Part shown: positions 46,183-55,990 of the stretch, piece after piece
Numbering within the stretch: position 1 is the stretch's first letter
Layout: the number at the start of each line of letters is the position of its first letter
Source: Acidobacteriota bacterium
Lineage (GTDB): Bacteria; Acidobacteriota; Thermoanaerobaculia; Gp7-AA8
Assembly (NCBI GenBank): GCA_019244185.1
Contig: JAFATB010000014.1
Location: forward strand, 384,001 to 448,000
Length of the DNA: 64,000 nucleotides
Reading direction: 5' to 3'
Position numbers and translations under genes: made by a program
Notes under the pieces: generated by a model
Seen by the model: only the letters and a program-made list of their open reading frames with translations
Database searches by the model: none
Told to the model about the DNA's origin: nothing

Positions 46183-46287
46183 CAGTAGTGGCGCTTCTAC
46201 TAAAGCTGTGCTAGGCTGTGCGCCTCCCGGTAAGGTTCAAGGAAGCGTCCAAGGATTCTCCACGGTCCCGAGGCGGCGCCTCGCTCT

Positions 46288-47172
46288 TCAGAACCGCAGC
46301 TCCTCTCCCGTCAACTGCCGGTACGCCTCGAGATACTTCTCGCGCGTTTTTCCTACAACGTCGTCGGGCAATTCCGGCGCCGGCGGCTCCTTGTCCCAGC
46401 CAGTCGTCTCCAGCCAGTCGCGCACGAACTGCTTGTCGTACGACGGCGGATTCTTGCCCACGACGTACTGATCGGCCGGCCAGAAGCGCGACGAATCGGG
46501 CGTCAGCGCCTCGTCGATCCACACGACGCGTCCGTCGAGCAGACCGAACTCGAACTTCGTGTCGGCGATGATGATCCCGCGCGTGAGCGCGTACTCCGCC
46601 GCCTCGGTGTACAGCGTTAACGTGAGATCGCGCAATTGCGAGGCGAGGTCTTCGCCGATGATCTCGGCCATCCGCTCGAAGGAGATGTTGATGTCGTGGC
46701 CGGTGTCTTCCTTCGTCGCCGGCGTGAAGATCGGCTCCGGCAGCTTGCTCGCGGTGGTGAGCCCTTCCGGCAAGTGGATGCCGCAGACCGAGCCGGTCTC
46801 CTTGTACTCCTTGAGGCCGGAGCCGACGAGGTAGCCGCGCGCGACGCATTCGATCGGGATGACGTTGCACTTCTTCACGAGCACGCTGCGCCCGCGCAGC
46901 TCATCGTGCTGCCGCAGCTCCGCCGGGAACTGCGCGAAGTCGGTCTCGAGCAGATGGTTCTCGAGCGACGTGAAGCGGCGGAACCAGAAGTTCGAGATCT
47001 GCGTGAGGATCGAGCCCTTCTCCGGGATGCCGGGCGAGAGCACGACGTCGAAGGCGGAGATGCGATCGGTGGCGACGAAGAGATAACGGTCGCCGAGATC
47101 GTACACGTCGCGGACTTTGCCGCGGCGGGCGAGCGGGAAGGGAAGCGAGGTTTGCGTAACGGCTGCGCTCAT
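46288..47172 (-). CDS. purC: Phosphoribosylaminoimidazole-succinocarboxamide synthase
   Basis: GKVRD.Y, TDRISAFD, ECV.RGY..GS, TPATK, DTKFEFG, DE..TPDSSRFW, DKQ. Confidence 0.97.
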   Translation of the reverse strand: MSAAVTQTSLPFPLARRGKVRDVYDLGDRYLFVATDRISAFDVVLSPGIPEKGSILTQISNFWFRRFTSLENHLLETDFAQFPAELRQHDELRGRSVLVKKCNVIPIECVARGYLVGSGLKEYKETGSVCGIHLPEGLTTASKLPEPIFTPATKEDTGHDINISFERMAEIIGEDLASQLRDLTLTLYTEAAEYALTRGIIIADTKFEFGLLDGRVVWIDEALTPDSSRFWPADQYVVGKNPPSYDKQFVRDWLETTGWDKEPPAPELPDDVVGKTREKYLEAYRQLTGEELRF

Positions 47173-47235
47173 GCGAGCGCGATTGTAGTGGAGCGGCGCG
47201 CGTTCGCCACGCGCCGCCCCGAAAGCGAGAGGCTG

Positions 47236-48216
47236 TTACTTCGTGATCTGCAGTCCTTTCGCGGTGCGCGTGAGGTGCGCGGTGCCGCGGCGCTCGGACT
47301 TCGCGCGCACTTTTCGCGCGTACGACATGTCGAGCGTTTTGACGACGCTCTTCGCTTTGGTGGCATTCGTCGAAGACGCGCCCACGGTGCTGAAGAGCTG
47401 CGACGGCGTGGCGATGAGCAGCGGCGACTGGTACGACGGATCGCCCGACTTCGAGTCGATGGTCGAGGTGTAGGGGAAGACGATCGCGTAGTTGTTGTCG
47501 TCGTTCGCGCACGGATCGTCGACGTAAAACTCGACGGTGCCGGCGTCGACGTTCACCGGAAGGTTGCCCTGCGCGTGCGCGAGCGCCGGGATCGAGAGCG
47601 GCTGCGCCTGCGCGATGGTGTTGCCGTCGGCGTCGTAGATGTCGGCGAAGAGCGTCACGCTGCAGCCGCCGAGGTTCAGCGCGCCGAAGTTCGTGCGGAA
47701 GCCGGTCGTGCCGCCGTTGCGGATGCCGTGCGCGATCGCGGTGATGCCGTCGGTGTCGACGTCGAAGAGTCCCGTGAGGGCGCCGGGAATGGTCTGGCCG
47801 TACGTGCCGCTCGGCGCGTTGTTGTACGTCTCGGAGTTGACGAGGAAGCTCAGCGCCGAAGTCGTGTCGTCGACATCCGGGTTGTCCTCGGCATACGCGA
47901 CCACGAGCAGCGCGCCGCCGCCGCCCACATCGTACAGATCGGAGAGCAGGTTGTCGGAGAACGCCGTCGCGTTGGCCGGCACGTCGATGAGCTCTTCGAG
48001 CGGCGTGCCGCCGCCGGTCGGCACGAGCGAGACGCTGATCGTCAGCGGATAGTCGTGCGGATTGAAGAGACTGAAGCGCGTGGCCCATTGCGTGTTGTTC
48101 GCGCCGGGGAGATTCGCGCTCGCCGGGATGACGTACGCGTCATTGATCTGCGCGGCGAGCGGCAGTGCCGAGCAGAGAAGCAGAAGAGCAGCGAGGAGCA
48201 GTTTGTTCGTTCTCAC
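47236..48216 (-). CDS. Secreted hypothetical protein
   Basis: AAAGGA SD plus GTG; signal peptide; VIP..A..PGA..T.W.T...FNP, GT.GQ.IP, FRTN.G..N, ID..SGDP; basic tail. Confidence 0.75.
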   Translation of the reverse strand: MRTNKLLLAALLLLCSALPLAAQINDAYVIPASANLPGANNTQWATRFSLFNPHDYPLTISVSLVPTGGGTPLEELIDVPANATAFSDNLLSDLYDVGGGGALLVVAYAEDNPDVDDTTSALSFLVNSETYNNAPSGTYGQTIPGALTGLFDVDTDGITAIAHGIRNGGTTGFRTNFGALNLGGCSVTLFADIYDADGNTIAQAQPLSIPALAHAQGNLPVNVDAGTVEFYVDDPCANDDNNYAIVFPYTSTIDSKSGDPSYQSPLLIATPSQLFSTVGASSTNATKAKSVVKTLDMSYARKVRAKSERRGTAHLTRTAKGLQITK

Positions 48217-48251
48217 GAGTAATTCCTTTCGCGATTCGCTGCCCGCGCTTG

Positions 48252-48267
48252 TGCAGCAGCGGTGCCG
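48252..48267 (-). promoter_or_regulatory. Candidate sigma-54 promoter
   Basis: Minus strand CGGCACCGCTGCTGCA fits GG-N10-GC, 35 nt before the GTG at 48216. Confidence 0.45.
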
Positions 48268-48366
48268 TCGCGCGGCGAGCGCAGCCGCGTTGCGGCTCAA
48301 CGGTTTGCGGGCGATGCGCGGCCTGTGAACGAGTGATGGCGGCCTCCGCACGGTACACTTCCGTCC

Positions 48367-49521
48367 ATGAATCAGATCAGCGACCGCCTGCGCGGCCTCG
48401 TGCAGTCCGACATCCGCCGCATGTCCCGTGAATGCGAGCGCGTCGGCGGCATCAACCTCGGCCAGGGCATCTGCGATCTGCCGACGATCCCCGAGCTCGT
48501 CGAGGGCGCGTGCGACGCGATCGCATCGTCGAAAGCGACGTATTCGAAGTTCGAAGGCATCGACGTGCTGCGCGAGCGCATCGCCCGCAAGATCGAACGC
48601 TTCAACGGCTTCCGCGTCGACCCCGCGAGCGAGATCGTGGTGACGGTCGGCTCGACGGGAGGCTTCGCCGCCGCCGCGATGGCGACGCTCAACGCCGGCG
48701 ACGAGGTGATCCTCTTCGAGCCGTACTACGGCTACCACCTCAACACGCTGAAAGTCCTCGGCATCACGACAAAGTACGTGCCGCTGCAGCTGCCCGACTG
48801 GTCGATCGACTTCGACGCGCTGCGCGCCGCGTTCACGCCGAAGACGCGCGGCATCGTCGTCTGCACGCCGTCGAATCCCTGCGGCAAGGTCTTCACGCGC
48901 GACGAGCTCGAGAAGATCGCGGAGCTCTGCCGCGAGTTCGGCGCGTGGTGCTACACCGACGAGATCTACGAATACATCGTCTACGACGGCCGCAAACATC
49001 TCTCGATGGGCTCCGTCGCGCGCGACGTCACGATCACGATCAGCGGCTTCTCGAAGACGTTCTCGGTGACCGGCTGGCGCATCGGCTACGTCGCCGCCGA
49101 CGCGAAGATCGCGTCGTCGATCGGCCTCGTGAACGATCTCTTCTACGTTTGCGCGCCGACGCCGCTGCAGTGGGGCATCGCGCGCGCTCTCGAGATCGGC
49201 GACGACTACTACCGCAACCTCGCCGCCGACTACGAGAAGAAACGCGATCTGCTCGCCGAAGCACTGACCGACGGCGGCTTCCGTCCGTTCGTCCCGCAAG
49301 GCGCGTACTACATGCTCGCCGAGATCCCGGAAGGGTTCGCGAACGCAAGCGAAGCGGCGATGGCGCTCATCGAAGAAGCGCGCGTCGCGTCGGTGCCCGG
49401 CCCGTCGTTCTACGCCAGCCACGCCGGCGACCGCCTGCTCCGCTTCTGCTTCGCGAAAGATTTCGCCGCGCTCGAAGAAGCGTGCAAACGCGTGCGCGAG
49501 TTTCGCGGCGCGCGGGTATGA
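48367..49521 (+). CDS. Pyridoxal-phosphate-dependent aminotransferase class I/II
   Basis: NLGQG, TPSNPCG, DEIYE, SKTFSVTGWRIG, GAYY, RFCFAK. Confidence 0.92.
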   Translation: MNQISDRLRGLVQSDIRRMSRECERVGGINLGQGICDLPTIPELVEGACDAIASSKATYSKFEGIDVLRERIARKIERFNGFRVDPASEIVVTVGSTGGFAAAAMATLNAGDEVILFEPYYGYHLNTLKVLGITTKYVPLQLPDWSIDFDALRAAFTPKTRGIVVCTPSNPCGKVFTRDELEKIAELCREFGAWCYTDEIYEYIVYDGRKHLSMGSVARDVTITISGFSKTFSVTGWRIGYVAADAKIASSIGLVNDLFYVCAPTPLQWGIARALEIGDDYYRNLAADYEKKRDLLAEALTDGGFRPFVPQGAYYMLAEIPEGFANASEAAMALIEEARVASVPGPSFYASHAGDRLLRFCFAKDFAALEEACKRVREFRGARV

Positions 49522-50123
49522 AGCGAAGGCTCGCGGCGCTGCTCCTGGCGTTCGCGTGCGCGCAGGCGCCGCGGCTCGAACAGCGGCTCCGCGACGGCGA
49601 CGTCATCTTTCAGGAGTCGCGCTCGTCGCAGAGCCGCGCGATCCAGCTCGCGACGAAAAGCCCGTACAGCCACATGGGACTCGTCGTGCAGCGCGGCGAG
49701 AGGTGGTTCGTCTACGAGGCGGTGCAGCCGGTGAAGCTCACACCGCTGCGCGACTGGATCGCGCGCGGTGCCGGACATCACTTCGTCGTCAAGCGCCTGC
49801 GCGACACGAACGTGCTGACGCCCGCCGTCCGCGCGCGCATGCAGCGCGTCACGGAAACGTATCGCGGCAAGCCGTACGACCTCTACTTCGGCTGGTCGGA
49901 CGAGCGTATCTACTGCTCGGAGCTGGTCTGGAAAATCTACGCGCGCGGCGCGAACGTCGAGCTCGGACGCCTGCAGCATCTCCGCGACTTCGATCTCTCG
50001 AATCCGGTCGTCCGCGCGAAGCTGCGCGAGCGATACGGAACGCACGTGCCGCTCGATGAGCCGGTGATCTCGCCCGCGGCGATGTTCGCGTCGGAGATGC
50101 TGATCGAAGTCGCGCGCGAGTGA
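49518..50123 (+). CDS. YiiX/YebB family permuted papain-like amidase
   Basis: GDVIFQ.S.S.QS.AI..AT.S.YSH.G, YD..F.W....YCSELV. Confidence 0.88.
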   Translation: MKRRLAALLLAFACAQAPRLEQRLRDGDVIFQESRSSQSRAIQLATKSPYSHMGLVVQRGERWFVYEAVQPVKLTPLRDWIARGAGHHFVVKRLRDTNVLTPAVRARMQRVTETYRGKPYDLYFGWSDERIYCSELVWKIYARGANVELGRLQHLRDFDLSNPVVRAKLRERYGTHVPLDEPVISPAAMFASEMLIEVARE

Positions 50124-50135
50124 CGCGCGCCGCCG

Positions 50136-50615
50136 CTACTGCGCCGCCCTGAGGTCCGCGAGGATGTCCTCGGCGTGCTTCTCCGTGTCGACCTTCTTGT
50201 AGATCTTCTTGATCCGTCCGTCCGGGCCGATCCAGAACGTGGTGCGTGCGACGCCCCACACTTTGCGGCCGTACATGTTCTTCTCTTTCCAGACGCCATA
50301 CATCTTGGCGATGTCGGCGGTCTCGTCGGAGAGCAGCGGGAAGTTCAGGTTGTACTTGCCGCGGAACTTGTCGTGGCTGGCCAGCGAGTCGATCGAGACG
50401 CCGAGGACGATGGCGTGCTCTTTGGCGAGATCGTGCTCGTGATCGCGGAACGAGCACGCTTCCTTCGTGCAGCCGGGCGTGTCGTCCTTCGGATAGAAGT
50501 AGAGGATCACGTCCTTGCCGCGAAACTCCTTGAGGGTCGTCTCTTTGCCGCGCGTCGACGGCAGGCGGAAGTCGGGAGCCACGTCGCCGACTTTCGGTTC
50601 GTAGAAATCCTGCAT
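50136..50615 (-). CDS. bcp: Thioredoxin-dependent peroxiredoxin BCP
   Basis: YFYPKD.TPGCT.EAC.FRD, GVS.D, LLSD, R.TF. Confidence 0.95.
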   Translation of the reverse strand: MQDFYEPKVGDVAPDFRLPSTRGKETTLKEFRGKDVILYFYPKDDTPGCTKEACSFRDHEHDLAKEHAIVLGVSIDSLASHDKFRGKYNLNFPLLSDETADIAKMYGVWKEKNMYGRKVWGVARTTFWIGPDGRIKKIYKKVDTEKHAEDILADLRAAQ

Positions 50616-50626
50616 GCGTTTCCTCT

Positions 50627-51628
50627 TCAGTTCGTGCTGCCGGTGCCGAACAGCACCTTCTCGGCGATGAGCACCGCGTTGAGCGCGGAGCTGCGGCGCA
50701 GATTATCGCAGACCGCCCACACCCAGAACCCGCCGCGAACGGTCGGATCGCGCCGCACTTCCGCGACCAGCACCTCGTCCTTGCCCGCGGCGTCGATCGT
50801 GCCGAACTGCTGATCGCCCTCCGCAAAAACGATGGCCGGATTCGCCTGCAGCGCCTCGGCGATGCGCGGCTCGTCGAGCTCTTCGTGCGTCCGCAGGAAC
50901 AGCGAGAACGTATGGCCGTGAAAGATCGTCCCCTGCGTGATCAGCAGCGCGAGCTCGGTGCGCGGATCGGTGAGCCCGCGCACCTGCGAGACGATGAACT
51001 CCTCGTTGTGCTCGAGCGCGGGATAGAGATTGAACGCGAGCTGGCGGTCGAAGATCTCTTTCGGAACCGCGTGGATGTTGAGGACGCTGATGGTCTGCTG
51101 CGCGAGCTCCTCGACGCCGGCCTGCTCGAACTCCGACGCCGGCTGCACGACCGTGGCGGTGCAGAGGTCGACCGGCGCGAGCGTGCGAATCTGCTGAAGG
51201 ATGAGCGCGATCGGAATGGCGACGGGATGCGGCGAGACGAGCACGCGATCGCCCTCACCGAGCGACTCGAGGTTGATGCCGGCGATGGCGAGCTTGCCGT
51301 CTTCGGCGGTCGTCGGCTGCGAGAGATCGACGGCGATGAAGTTGTCTTCCTCCGCGCGCGCGATCCACTCGCGATTCTGTTCGGCGCGGCCGCAGAAGAA
51401 GACGAGGTCGAGCGAGTCGAGCTCCGCGGCGGAGACGGGCGAGACGACGGCGGGCTCGTCGCCCATCTCCGTCAGCGCGCCGGCGGTTTGTCCGCTGGCG
51501 TCGAGCAGTGCGATGTGGTCGTAGGGAAACGCGCGCTCGCGCAGGATGGTCTTGATCTCGTTGCCGACGAGCGTGAGCGGATTGACGATGCCCAGGCGAA
51601 TGCCGGAGCTGGATTTCGGGTGCGCCAT
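50627..51628 (-). CDS. Aspartate-semialdehyde-dehydrogenase-like protein with a degenerate active site
   Basis: Asd fold motifs (DLS, QLAFN, GH, DNLR...ALNAV..AE), but SPHP replaces NPNC and there is no GxxGxxG. Confidence 0.8.
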   Translation of the reverse strand: MAHPKSSSGIRLGIVNPLTLVGNEIKTILRERAFPYDHIALLDASGQTAGALTEMGDEPAVVSPVSAAELDSLDLVFFCGRAEQNREWIARAEEDNFIAVDLSQPTTAEDGKLAIAGINLESLGEGDRVLVSPHPVAIPIALILQQIRTLAPVDLCTATVVQPASEFEQAGVEELAQQTISVLNIHAVPKEIFDRQLAFNLYPALEHNEEFIVSQVRGLTDPRTELALLITQGTIFHGHTFSLFLRTHEELDEPRIAEALQANPAIVFAEGDQQFGTIDAAGKDEVLVAEVRRDPTVRGGFWVWAVCDNLRRSSALNAVLIAEKVLFGTGSTN

Positions 51629-51642
51629 GCGGCGCCCTTGTA

Positions 51643-52452
51643 TCACGCGAGGCCGGTTTCGATCGCCGGCTCCGGCGCGATCGGCGGGCGGCGGTTCGGG
51701 AACGCGATCGACCAGAGCTTCGCCAACGGTCCGGAGACGAGATAGCCGACCGAGCCGGCGAACCAGAACTCGCGCGGCCACCAGTAGCCGAGCGCGCCGA
51801 TCGCCGCGAGCGCGAGGAAGTACATCAGCGACCGCTCCTTCTGCAGCGCGAGCCCTTTCTGGCTGCGGTAGCGGATCGGCGAGACCATCGCGAACGCGGT
51901 GGCGATCGTCACGAGCATGACGATCGTCGCGAAGCGGCGGTCCGTCACCGGCACCGGCGCGTAGAAGATCATCGACGCGAGCGTCAGCGCGCCCGCGGGA
52001 CTCGGCAGTCCGACGAAGTAGCGATAGTCGGTCTTGCCGGTCTGCACGTTGAAGCGCGCCAGGCGCAGCGACACCGCCGCCAGGAAGACGAAGGCGATGC
52101 CGCCGCCGAGCTTCTCGAAGACGTGCAGCGCCCACGCGTAGACGAGCACCGCCGGCGCGGCGCCGAAGGTGACGATGTCGGCGAGCGAGTCGTACTCCTT
52201 GCCGAACTCGCTGGTCGCGCCGAGCGAGCGCGCCACGAGTCCATCGAACGTGTCGAAGACGGCGGCGATGAGAAGCGAGAGGCACGCGGTCTCGAGAAAG
52301 TCGACGACGGCGGCGGTGTGCCCGAGGACGTCGGCTTCCATCGCGCGCGTGGCGTAGATGATTGCGCGGAAGCCGAAGAAGATGTTGAGGAGGGTGAGCG
52401 ACGTCGGGATGACGTAGATGCCGCGGCGAAAGTTCGGCCGCATCGGCTTCAC
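51643..52452 (-). CDS. pssA: CDP-diacylglycerol--serine O-phosphatidyltransferase
   Basis: D..DG.VAR....S.FG.E.DSLAD..TFG.APA, RLARFN, F.GLPSP. Confidence 0.93.
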   Translation of the reverse strand: MKPMRPNFRRGIYVIPTSLTLLNIFFGFRAIIYATRAMEADVLGHTAAVVDFLETACLSLLIAAVFDTFDGLVARSLGATSEFGKEYDSLADIVTFGAAPAVLVYAWALHVFEKLGGGIAFVFLAAVSLRLARFNVQTGKTDYRYFVGLPSPAGALTLASMIFYAPVPVTDRRFATIVMLVTIATAFAMVSPIRYRSQKGLALQKERSLMYFLALAAIGALGYWWPREFWFAGSVGYLVSGPLAKLWSIAFPNRRPPIAPEPAIETGLA

Positions 52453-53087
52453 TCCGGGATCTCCGCGATGATGGTCAGCGCGACTTTCGGTTTGTCGCCG
52501 ACCTTCACCCGGATCTCCGCGTTTGGCGGGAGGAACACGTCGACGCGCGAGCCGAACTTGATCATGCCCACGCGTTCGCCGCGCGCGACCTCGTCGCCTT
52601 CTTTTTTGTCGAAGACGATGCGCCGCGCGAGGAGCCCCGCGATCTGCTTGAACGCCAGCGTCGCGCCGCGGCCGTCGGTCATCACGATGAGGTTCTGCTC
52701 GTTGTCGGTCGACGACTTGTGCGACATCGCCGGGATCTTCTTGCCCGCGCTGTAGCGGTAATGAACGATGCGGCCCGTGATCGGCGCGCGATTCACATGC
52801 ACGTCGAAAACGGACATAAAGATGCTGACCTGTTTCGTGAGGCCGGGCCAGATCTCGCCGTCGGGGATGTCTTTGATCAGGACGACCGTGCCGTCGGCGG
52901 GGGAGAGCACGTCGACGTGCCGCTCGGAGCCGGCGCGGTGCGGGTCACGGAAGAAGTTGATGAGGAACGCCGCGAGGAGTCCCAGGACGATCGCAGCGAC
53001 GTACCACTGCGTCAGCAGCGCCAGCGCCGCCAGGATGATTACCGGGATGATGAAGATCCATCCCTCGGGCGCAAATCGCAACCGCAT
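52449..53087 (-). CDS. psd: Phosphatidylserine decarboxylase proenzyme
   Basis: FFRDP, SPADG, IFMS.FDVHVNR.P, QIAG..ARRI, G.IKFGSRVD. Confidence 0.94.
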   Translation of the reverse strand: MRLRFAPEGWIFIIPVIILAALALLTQWYVAAIVLGLLAAFLINFFRDPHRAGSERHVDVLSPADGTVVLIKDIPDGEIWPGLTKQVSIFMSVFDVHVNRAPITGRIVHYRYSAGKKIPAMSHKSSTDNEQNLIVMTDGRGATLAFKQIAGLLARRIVFDKKEGDEVARGERVGMIKFGSRVDVFLPPNAEIRVKVGDKPKVALTIIAEIPE

Positions 53088-53142
53088 CGCGCGGATGTTA
53101 TGCAAAGCGAGTTCCGTTGGGAAGCGGAATGCCTTGAAACAC

Positions 53143-53172
53143 GACGAGCCGCGAGAAGAATCGCGGCTCGTC
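53143..53172 (-). terminator. Probable terminator after the YdcH-like gene
   Basis: Perfect 12-bp stem GACGAGCCGCGA-gaagaa-TCGCGGCTCGTC; GTGTTT follows on the minus strand. Confidence 0.6.
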
Positions 53173-53233
53173 TGGCGGATGTCAGGTTGTGACTGCGGAT
53201 GTGATGGCGGGGCCGGCGCGTGCCGCGCGGGTC

Positions 53234-53473
53234 TTACGCGACCGCGTGCTGGCCGGCTTCGTACGAGCGCATGCGCTCGGCCATCTGGTCCTTCAGGTGG
53301 AGCTTCCGCTTCTTCAAATGTTTCTCTTCGATCTCTTCGTCGTTCGTGATGTCGCTCTTGGTCGTCAGCTCGTGCAGCCGGTGCTCGCATTGGCGATGCT
53401 CTTCGGCCCACTGCCGGAACTCGGGATCCTGATCGGCGAGAATGTTTTGAATGTCAGCGGTCTGATTCGACAT
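53234..53473 (-). CDS. YdcH / DUF465 family coiled-coil protein
   Basis: GGAGGAG SD; F......H...E..L.EL, LKKRKL.LKD.M. Confidence 0.85.
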   Translation of the reverse strand: MSNQTADIQNILADQDPEFRQWAEEHRQCEHRLHELTTKSDITNDEEIEEKHLKKRKLHLKDQMAERMRSYEAGQHAVA

Positions 53474-53601
53474 CGATGGTCTCCTCCTTCGAAGTTCCAA
53501 TCCGCGAGCAGAATTTTAGCACTCCGCTTGCCAACCGGCGGCGGTTTCGGGCGCGCGTTCAAGTTGTGATGCGTCAGTGACTTGCCCTATGATCCGCGCC
53601 G

Positions 53602-55098
53602 ATGCCGCGCGCTGCCGCGATCGCTCTGGCGATCGTCGTCGTCTCTGTCTTTCTCTCGCCGCTGCAGCGCGAGCTGTACGTCGGCGACGAGACGAAGTAC
53701 ACGGAAGTCGTGCGCGAGATGCGCGCGGGCTCGTTCTTTCTGCCGACGCTGAACGGCACGCCGTTCACGCACAAGCCGCCGCTGCATTTCTGGCTCGTCG
53801 ATCTGCTCACCTATCCGTTCGGCGTCTACTCGATCTGGCCGTTCGTGCTGCCGTCGCTCGCCGCATTCGTGCTGCTGCTCTGGCTGATGCATCGGATGGC
53901 GGGACCGCTCGCCGCGTTCGTCTGTGGGACGTCGCTGATGTTATGGGGCTCGGCGCAGACCGCGCGCATGGACGTGAGCTTCACGGCGCTCCTCGCGCTC
54001 GCGGCGTGGATGGTGGAGCGTTTCTTCGCCGGCGAACGACGCGCGCTGCTGATTGCCGCGATTGCGACCGGGCTCGCGTTTCTGGTGAAAGGTCCGATGG
54101 CACCCGTGATCGTGATCGCACTGTTTGCGTTCGAAGCGCTGCGCCGCCGCGGCGCGCCGCGCGGCAACTACGCGCTCGCCGTCGCGATCATATTGGTCAT
54201 TCCGCTGCTGTGGCTCGTGCCCGCGGTGATGATCGGCGGCGAGCCGTTCTGGCGCGAGATCTTCTACAAGCAGACCGTCGGCCGCGCCGTCGGCGCATGG
54301 GTGCACCGTTCGCCGCCGTGGTTCTACATCGTGCGCGCGCCGGCGACGCTCGCGCCGTGGTTCTTTCTGCTGATCGCGTCGATCGTGGCCATTTACAAAC
54401 GCCGCGACGAGCGGGGGAAGTTCGCCGTGAGCTGGATCCTCGCCGTGCTCGTGCCGTACACGGTGCTCTCGTCGAAGCTCGACGTCTACATGATCGCCAT
54501 GCTGCCCGCGGTGGCGCTGGCGATCGCGCGCGGCGCGGAGGAGCTGTGGGGCAAGCGCGCGAATCTCGTGATGCTCGGCGTGTTCGCGCTGGCGGGGATC
54601 GCCGGCTTCGTCGTGCACGGGAAAGGCCCGGACGGCGCGCTCCTGGCGCTGCCGCGCGTGCGCGTGCTCTTCGCGTTGCTCGTGTTGCTTTCATTCGCGG
54701 CGATCGTCGTGACGCTGCGCTCGACGCTGACGATGTCGACGTTCGCCACGGGACTCGTGCCGGTGCTCGCGTTCGCGTACGCGGCCGTCGCGCTGACGCC
54801 GCTCGCGAACGACCTCGCGTCGACGCGGCCGCTCGTCAATGCCCTGCTGCGCGCGCATGTGGCACCCGAGGATGCGGCGCTGTACGTTTGTCCGCATTTG
54901 TGGGTGCGGGACATGCCGCCGGCGCTCGCACGTGCGAGACAGGTCGACACGGACGATCTGCGCGCGCTGCATCCGCCGCCGCGGCTGATCGTCGCGCGCC
55001 GCAAAGATGCGGACGCGATCGCGGACGTGCTGCGCGGCTATCACAAGGTCGACGAGCTGCGGATGATCGGAAAGTGGTTCGACGTCTATGAGCGCTGA
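53602..55098 (+). CDS. ArnT / GT83-like polyprenyl-phosphate glycosyltransferase
   Basis: DE..Y....REM, P.LNG.....KPPL.FW, AR.D, L.KGP, H..P.W.Y, SKL..Y; many TM helices. Confidence 0.88.
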   Translation: MPRAAAIALAIVVVSVFLSPLQRELYVGDETKYTEVVREMRAGSFFLPTLNGTPFTHKPPLHFWLVDLLTYPFGVYSIWPFVLPSLAAFVLLLWLMHRMAGPLAAFVCGTSLMLWGSAQTARMDVSFTALLALAAWMVERFFAGERRALLIAAIATGLAFLVKGPMAPVIVIALFAFEALRRRGAPRGNYALAVAIILVIPLLWLVPAVMIGGEPFWREIFYKQTVGRAVGAWVHRSPPWFYIVRAPATLAPWFFLLIASIVAIYKRRDERGKFAVSWILAVLVPYTVLSSKLDVYMIAMLPAVALAIARGAEELWGKRANLVMLGVFALAGIAGFVVHGKGPDGALLALPRVRVLFALLVLLSFAAIVVTLRSTLTMSTFATGLVPVLAFAYAAVALTPLANDLASTRPLVNALLRAHVAPEDAALYVCPHLWVRDMPPALARARQVDTDDLRALHPPPRLIVARRKDADAIADVLRGYHKVDELRMIGKWFDVYER

Positions 55099-55990
55099 TC
55101 CGCTGGCGCGCAAACGCCGCCTCGCCGCCGCCGCGTTCGTCGCGCTGCTCGTGCTGTCCGTGTTCTGGCCGTCGCCCGTCGTCTCCGTGAACCGCCTCTG
55201 GTTCGGCGCTCCGCTCCCCGTCGACGAGCTCTCGTTCCTCGGCCGCGAGGCGCCGTCATGGGACATCGCGTTCTGGTGCATCGCCGGACTGCTGCTGCTC
55301 GCCATCGTGCAAACCAGTGACGCCGCCGCCGACGCGCGCGAGCCGCTCACGCAAGTGCGCGCGCTCCGCTTCGATCGCGCGCTCATCGGCCGCGCCTGCA
55401 TCGGACTCGCGCTCGGCGCCATCGCCACGCTGCTCGTCTGGCGCTTCGCCGACGCCGCGGGCCTGGCGTGCGCGGAAGGCGTGCAGTCCGACTGGAGCGA
55501 GGCCTTCGTCCGCATCCTCAACCGCCTCGGCGGCGGCATGAACCCCGTGCTCGTCGTCGCCTTTTTCCTCGTCGCCGGTACGGCGTATCGCGAGCGCCGC
55601 TGGGTCGCGCACGCCATCGCCATGGCCCTCGCCGGACTCGCCGCCGGCACGCTCGCCCAGATCATCAAACCCCTCGCCGGCCGCGCCCGCCCCGAGCTCT
55701 GGCTCGGTCCCGCCCACTACACTCCCGGCGCCTCGACGTCGTTCCCGAGCGGCCACACCGTCGGAGCATTCGCATTGGGTGGCGTGCTCGTCTTCGCCTC
55801 GCGCAACATCCCGCTGCGCGTGATCGCGCTCGTGCTCGCCGCGGCCATCGCGCTCTCGCGCGTGCTCGCGTTCCGACATTGGCCGTCGGACGTGACCGCG
55901 TCCGCGGCGATCGGGCTGGTGAGCGCGTGGGTGGCGACGCGCGTATCATTTCCGCGTGCAGAAGTTGAAGGAACGCCCCGCGACGTATGA
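55088..55990 (+). CDS. PAP2 family membrane phosphatase
   Basis: K....R.RP, SFPSGH, SRV....HWPSDV. Confidence 0.9.
   Translation: MSADPLARKRRLAAAAFVALLVLSVFWPSPVVSVNRLWFGAPLPVDELSFLGREAPSWDIAFWCIAGLLLLAIVQTSDAAADAREPLTQVRALRFDRALIGRACIGLALGAIATLLVWRFADAAGLACAEGVQSDWSEAFVRILNRLGGGMNPVLVVAFFLVAGTAYRERRWVAHAIAMALAGLAAGTLAQIIKPLAGRARPELWLGPAHYTPGASTSFPSGHTVGAFALGGVLVFASRNIPLRVIALVLAAAIALSRVLAFRHWPSDVTASAAIGLVSAWVATRVSFPRAEVEGTPRDV

Noticed and set aside
46210-46270. Resemblance to SRP or 6S RNA (AAGGAAGC, CCTTGAACC)
   Set aside because: Lacks the conserved SRP loop context and is too short for the 6S rod
53515-53523. TTAGCACTC, a CIRCE half-site
   Set aside because: The second arm is absent; better explained as the minus-strand extended -10 TGCTAAAAT of the ydcH-like gene
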